Origin: an uncultured virus (IMG/VR IMGVR_UViG_2675903308_000004) | Lineage: Duplodnaviria; Heunggongvirae; Uroviricota; Caudoviricetes | Direction: 5' to 3' (one strand) | IMG/VR virus record: IMGVR_UViG_2675903308_000004 | DNA length: 20,000 nt | Shown here: piece by piece, positions 16,722-20,000 of the stretch | How the letters are laid out: each line of letters opens with the position of its first letter | Position numbering within the stretch: position 1 is the stretch's first letter | Position numbers and translations under genes: made by a program | Notes under the pieces: model-generated | Seen by the model: only the letters and a program-made list of their open reading frames with translations | Told to the model about the DNA's origin: nothing | Database searches by the model: none

Positions 16722-17710
16722 TAGAAACCTGGCTTATTTTCATTGGAAGCCGTTGCAGTATTGGCACTGGTAGTAGAAACTTCCTCAAAGCTAACATCTG
16801 ATACATCAAAACGTTGTGTTCCCATTGTGGGCATAGCGTCTGTATGCTCTTCCGCACCCTCAACATCATTTTCAAATGCTTGTTGCATTTCTATAGAGAG
16901 ATAGCCGTATTTACTAAGTAAATTTCTGATAACGGTTTTGATAGCCATCCCATGAAAATTACCGAGCCATCCAACGGTTTTACTGTCTGCCGAGAAAGGC
17001 AGTTCGGCAAGTTTCATAAGGCTTTCTACGGTTGTTTCCTTCTTTAACCCTTTGGAGTAGCGTTTGGCGTGGGTAGCCATTTGTTCAACAGTCATGTACA
17101 ACGTCTTAGAGAAGCCGTTAAGCAATTCAAAATAGCAGAAGTAACCTATGATCTTATCAGACTTCTTTTCTCCGTCAAAAGCGATCTCGCCAGTAAGTTT
17201 GTTCACTTTACGAACTTCACCATCAAAAACGACATCTGCGTTAATGGTACGGTATTGGTTGGATCTTTCCGCAAGCTGAATATAACCCTTGTACCCCAGT
17301 TGAAACGTTGGCTCCATAACCTTGATATACTTTTGGATAGGCTTACCGTCTGAGCCTATTTTGGGCTTACCTTTTTCGTCCAAATCATCTACTTTTTTGC
17401 TATTATTGAAGGGGATAATGAAAGCGTACCCCAAAGCCTTATTGATTGGCAACTTCAAAACAGCAGCTTTCAGACATTCCGCTACAACCGCTTTCGGCTC
17501 GCATAATTGTAAATTTGAATCCGAGTTGTATAGATCAATAATGGAAGCAACAAATGTGGAAGCATTCTTAGAAAGCGCATTTTTAAATTGTTCCATTACA
17601 GAAGGAGCGTTAAGCATAGTTTTCAGCACATCTATTTTTTTTGCCTGTGCTGGCATTTTCGTTGATTGGGTACTAACTACTTGTGTACCACTTGAATTTT
17701 CTTGTGTCAT
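16721..17710 (-). CDS. recT: RecT-family single-strand annealing protein
   Basis: LGYAFIIPF, FQLGYKGYIQLAERS, MAIKTVIRNLLSKYGYLS. Confidence 0.88.
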   Translation of the reverse strand: MTQENSSGTQVVSTQSTKMPAQAKKIDVLKTMLNAPSVMEQFKNALSKNASTFVASIIDLYNSDSNLQLCEPKAVVAECLKAAVLKLPINKALGYAFIIPFNNSKKVDDLDEKGKPKIGSDGKPIQKYIKVMEPTFQLGYKGYIQLAERSNQYRTINADVVFDGEVRKVNKLTGEIAFDGEKKSDKIIGYFCYFELLNGFSKTLYMTVEQMATHAKRYSKGLKKETTVESLMKLAELPFSADSKTVGWLGNFHGMAIKTVIRNLLSKYGYLSIEMQQAFENDVEGAEEHTDAMPTMGTQRFDVSDVSFEEVSTTSANTATASNENKPGF

Positions 17711-17721
17711 AAAATTATTAT

Positions 17722-19716
17722 TTAAAGTTGTTTGTATTCTTCCATTGTTCCATTTCCGGCAACACGTATCATCAAAGATTTATCTTTGCTAACCACGAGG
17801 TTTATTACTTGCGACATGGTAGGTATAAGATCGTTCACACTTTCCCGATTATCAATGAAAATGGGTGCTGTGATACCTACAGATCGACATATAGCGTTTA
17901 TTATATCCAGCCCAGCATTGATTTTTGAAGCATTGTTTACATCGGCAAACGGCACACCATCTACAGAGCAAAAGCAGGTTATAGCCTCATTCCCATTCAA
18001 CTTTTCGCTAATAAACGAGAACTTAACCAAAGAGAACATTCCGTTAATACGTTCCATCAACTTGTTGTCTTTTTCTTTCTGGAAGTCTTGTACCAAAAAC
18101 TCCAAACGTTCTTGTTCTGCCAGAGCTTCATTGTTTTTATCTCTTCTATCCTCCAGATCCTCAATAACTTTATTGGAACGTTCTATAGTATCACGTTTAC
18201 CCAGCTTCTTATTCAGCTCATCTATAGCCTCAGAAAGAATAGCCTTAGCTTCTTTCAACTCTGTTGTGTCTATAGGTTTGGCTTCTGCCTTTAACTGGTT
18301 TTCAAGATCTACGATTTCATTACTGAGAGAAAGCCAGGTAGGATCGGAAAGAATGATCTTTTGTGTATCTTGTTCTTCCGGCATATTCCCTTTACATTCA
18401 TTGATATTATGCACCAATATTTCTTTCTCGTTACTCAACTGAGTTATAGCAGCTTGAATAATTGAACACTGCTTTTTAAGCTCTTCAACTTTTGCAGCTT
18501 TTTCCTTGCCTTCATTTTGCACTGCTTTCAGTCGGTTTGCCTTGTTGAGATTAAAGTTGTCCTGTAATTCTTGTTGCTTGGCTTGAATATCTTCTACCTC
18601 CAACTCTCTTTTACAAGTCGGGCAAATAAAAGCTCCTTCCGGGTACTGTAACGTTTCCGCATCTATGGCATAGAACTTACCTCTCAATACTTCCAAATCA
18701 TTATTTAGAGCTTCGATAGTAGCTTTGATACGAGAATGATCCTCTTGTTTACGGGATATTTCAGCATCCTTGCTTTTAACTTGATATTCCAGCTTTGAAA
18801 TATTATCCAGTACGTCATGGTAGGATTTATTGGCATTTTGTCTTATCTCATTTTCTCTTTGCGACTTGGCAAGTTTTTTGTTCCCGATTTGCTTTTGCAA
18901 CTCAGATTTGGCTTTGAACTCTGCTTCTATCTGTTTGCTTTTATCGGCTAACTGGCTATCAATATCTTTAATTTTCTCTTTTTTGTCGGCTATTTCCTTC
19001 TCCAAAACCGCCCAGTCCTCACTTTCAGGCATTGCATCACGTACCGAATCAATTCTACCAGGAATACCCTTTAACTCATCTTTGATAGCTGATTTCTTAG
19101 AGGCTATTTCTTTTGCTAATTGCTCTAAGGTTCTGCCTGAAATAAGACTAATCAGCTCTTGAAACTTTGGATTGATATTGGCTACTTCCTCATTCGTAAC
19201 GTTACCAGCCATTTCAAGCAACATAGCTTTCTGATCTTGCGCCTTCATGGTCGGGAAATATAACGGGTTAGTAATCATTCTAAAAACATCTTCCGGCAAG
19301 ATCGCTGCTACTTCCGCATCATACTCCTTTTTCGTTTTGAGTTTTACACCATTCAAATAAAACTCTGTAGCATGGTTTTGAAGGACACCAGCGTTTACAC
19401 CACTTCCCCATTTTTCAACATAGTTACGTTGCAGTTCAACATCTCTGCCATTGATAGACAATACACCAGTTACGCTATGTACAAGGTGTAAGATTGGTTT
19501 TCCATCTTCTCCCAACGTTTTAATGTTAAAGTTGGTATCAGCCCTATTCGTGCTGTCCTTCCCAAATAACAGCCACAAGAACGCATCTTGAAGCGTTGTC
19601 TTTCCTGTGCCATTTCCACCACAGATAAAGGTATTTTTATCTGTAAACTCTACTGTTAGATCCTGAATTTTCTTGAAATTCTTTAGGATCAATTTCTTTA
19701 AGAATACTTCTTTCAT
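17722..19716 (-). CDS. Rad50/SbcC/SMC-like ATPase
   Basis: LKNFK, Walker A GGNGTGKTT, long coiled coil with central CPTC zinc hook, Walker B PIFIDNRES. Confidence 0.88.
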   Translation of the reverse strand: MKEVFLKKLILKNFKKIQDLTVEFTDKNTFICGGNGTGKTTLQDAFLWLLFGKDSTNRADTNFNIKTLGEDGKPILHLVHSVTGVLSINGRDVELQRNYVEKWGSGVNAGVLQNHATEFYLNGVKLKTKKEYDAEVAAILPEDVFRMITNPLYFPTMKAQDQKAMLLEMAGNVTNEEVANINPKFQELISLISGRTLEQLAKEIASKKSAIKDELKGIPGRIDSVRDAMPESEDWAVLEKEIADKKEKIKDIDSQLADKSKQIEAEFKAKSELQKQIGNKKLAKSQRENEIRQNANKSYHDVLDNISKLEYQVKSKDAEISRKQEDHSRIKATIEALNNDLEVLRGKFYAIDAETLQYPEGAFICPTCKRELEVEDIQAKQQELQDNFNLNKANRLKAVQNEGKEKAAKVEELKKQCSIIQAAITQLSNEKEILVHNINECKGNMPEEQDTQKIILSDPTWLSLSNEIVDLENQLKAEAKPIDTTELKEAKAILSEAIDELNKKLGKRDTIERSNKVIEDLEDRRDKNNEALAEQERLEFLVQDFQKEKDNKLMERINGMFSLVKFSFISEKLNGNEAITCFCSVDGVPFADVNNASKINAGLDIINAICRSVGITAPIFIDNRESVNDLIPTMSQVINLVVSKDKSLMIRVAGNGTMEEYKQL

Positions 19717-20000
19717 AATTTGTTTATATAAGTGTCTATTTTCTCTGTCTTTTCGATAGTTAATAATTCAGCTCTGGAGTATAGTATTTTGGAGCGTTTC
19801 TCTGCTCCATTCCTTGTAGGGTGTACAAGTTGCTGGCGTACCCACCGTTTTACACGAGCCTCACCGAATGATTTATAAGCCTCCCTTTGGGAAATGAGAT
19901 CTTTTGCCGGAAATACCATTTTTGCGTAATTGGCAGCTCCAAGCTCAGCCATATCTTTACAGAGATTTTTAAGCTCGTATAGCTCCAGTACAATACCCAT
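19713..20000 (-). CDS. Hypothetical protein, possible excisionase-like DNA-binding protein
   Basis: ISQREAYKSFGEARVKRWV...ILYSRAEL, an HTH-like pattern; the start sits at the window edge and may lie further upstream. Confidence 0.55.
   Translation of the reverse strand: MGIVLELYELKNLCKDMAELGAANYAKMVFPAKDLISQREAYKSFGEARVKRWVRQQLVHPTRNGAEKRSKILYSRAELLTIEKTEKIDTYINKL

Noticed and set aside
17732..19162. Long plus-strand ORFs (236 aa and 110 aa) and other plus-strand ORFs in the track
   Set aside because: Ser/Leu/Phe-rich antisense shadows of well-supported minus-strand genes, with no motifs.
1..20000. CRISPR array, tRNA/rRNA, IS element, integrase, DGR reverse transcriptase or template repeat, stop-codon recoding
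   Set aside because: None seen by eye; genes are intact and densely packed under the standard code.

Overview
AT-rich segment of a tailed (Caudoviricetes) phage or prophage, probably from a Bacteroidales host (TAnnTTTG -7 promoter boxes, A-rich start regions). All credible genes are on the minus strand and tightly packed. In transcription order (20000 to 1): recombination module (Rad50/SMC-like ATPase, RecT, MBL-fold nuclease, NinB-like); small hypotheticals, one with a DGR-like variable region; replication initiator and DnaC-like loader; MazG-like enzyme; phage N6-adenine methyltransferase with a G9 tract; ParB-HTH; DEDDh exonuclease; RuvC-like resolvase. Next comes a four-gene cassette bounded by two copies of a 16-bp palindrome: membrane protein, ParB-DUF4417 fusion, basic HEXXH metallopeptidase, and an acidic small protein with its own promoter box and terminator. 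The window ends with terS, terL, portal, a small Cys-rich protein and a MuF/gp7-like head protein that runs off the edge. Best leads: the ParB-DUF4417/peptidase/putative immunity cassette, the palindromic sites, and a putative remote DGR target in a non-structural gene. Family calls come from motif recognition only; no database search was run.
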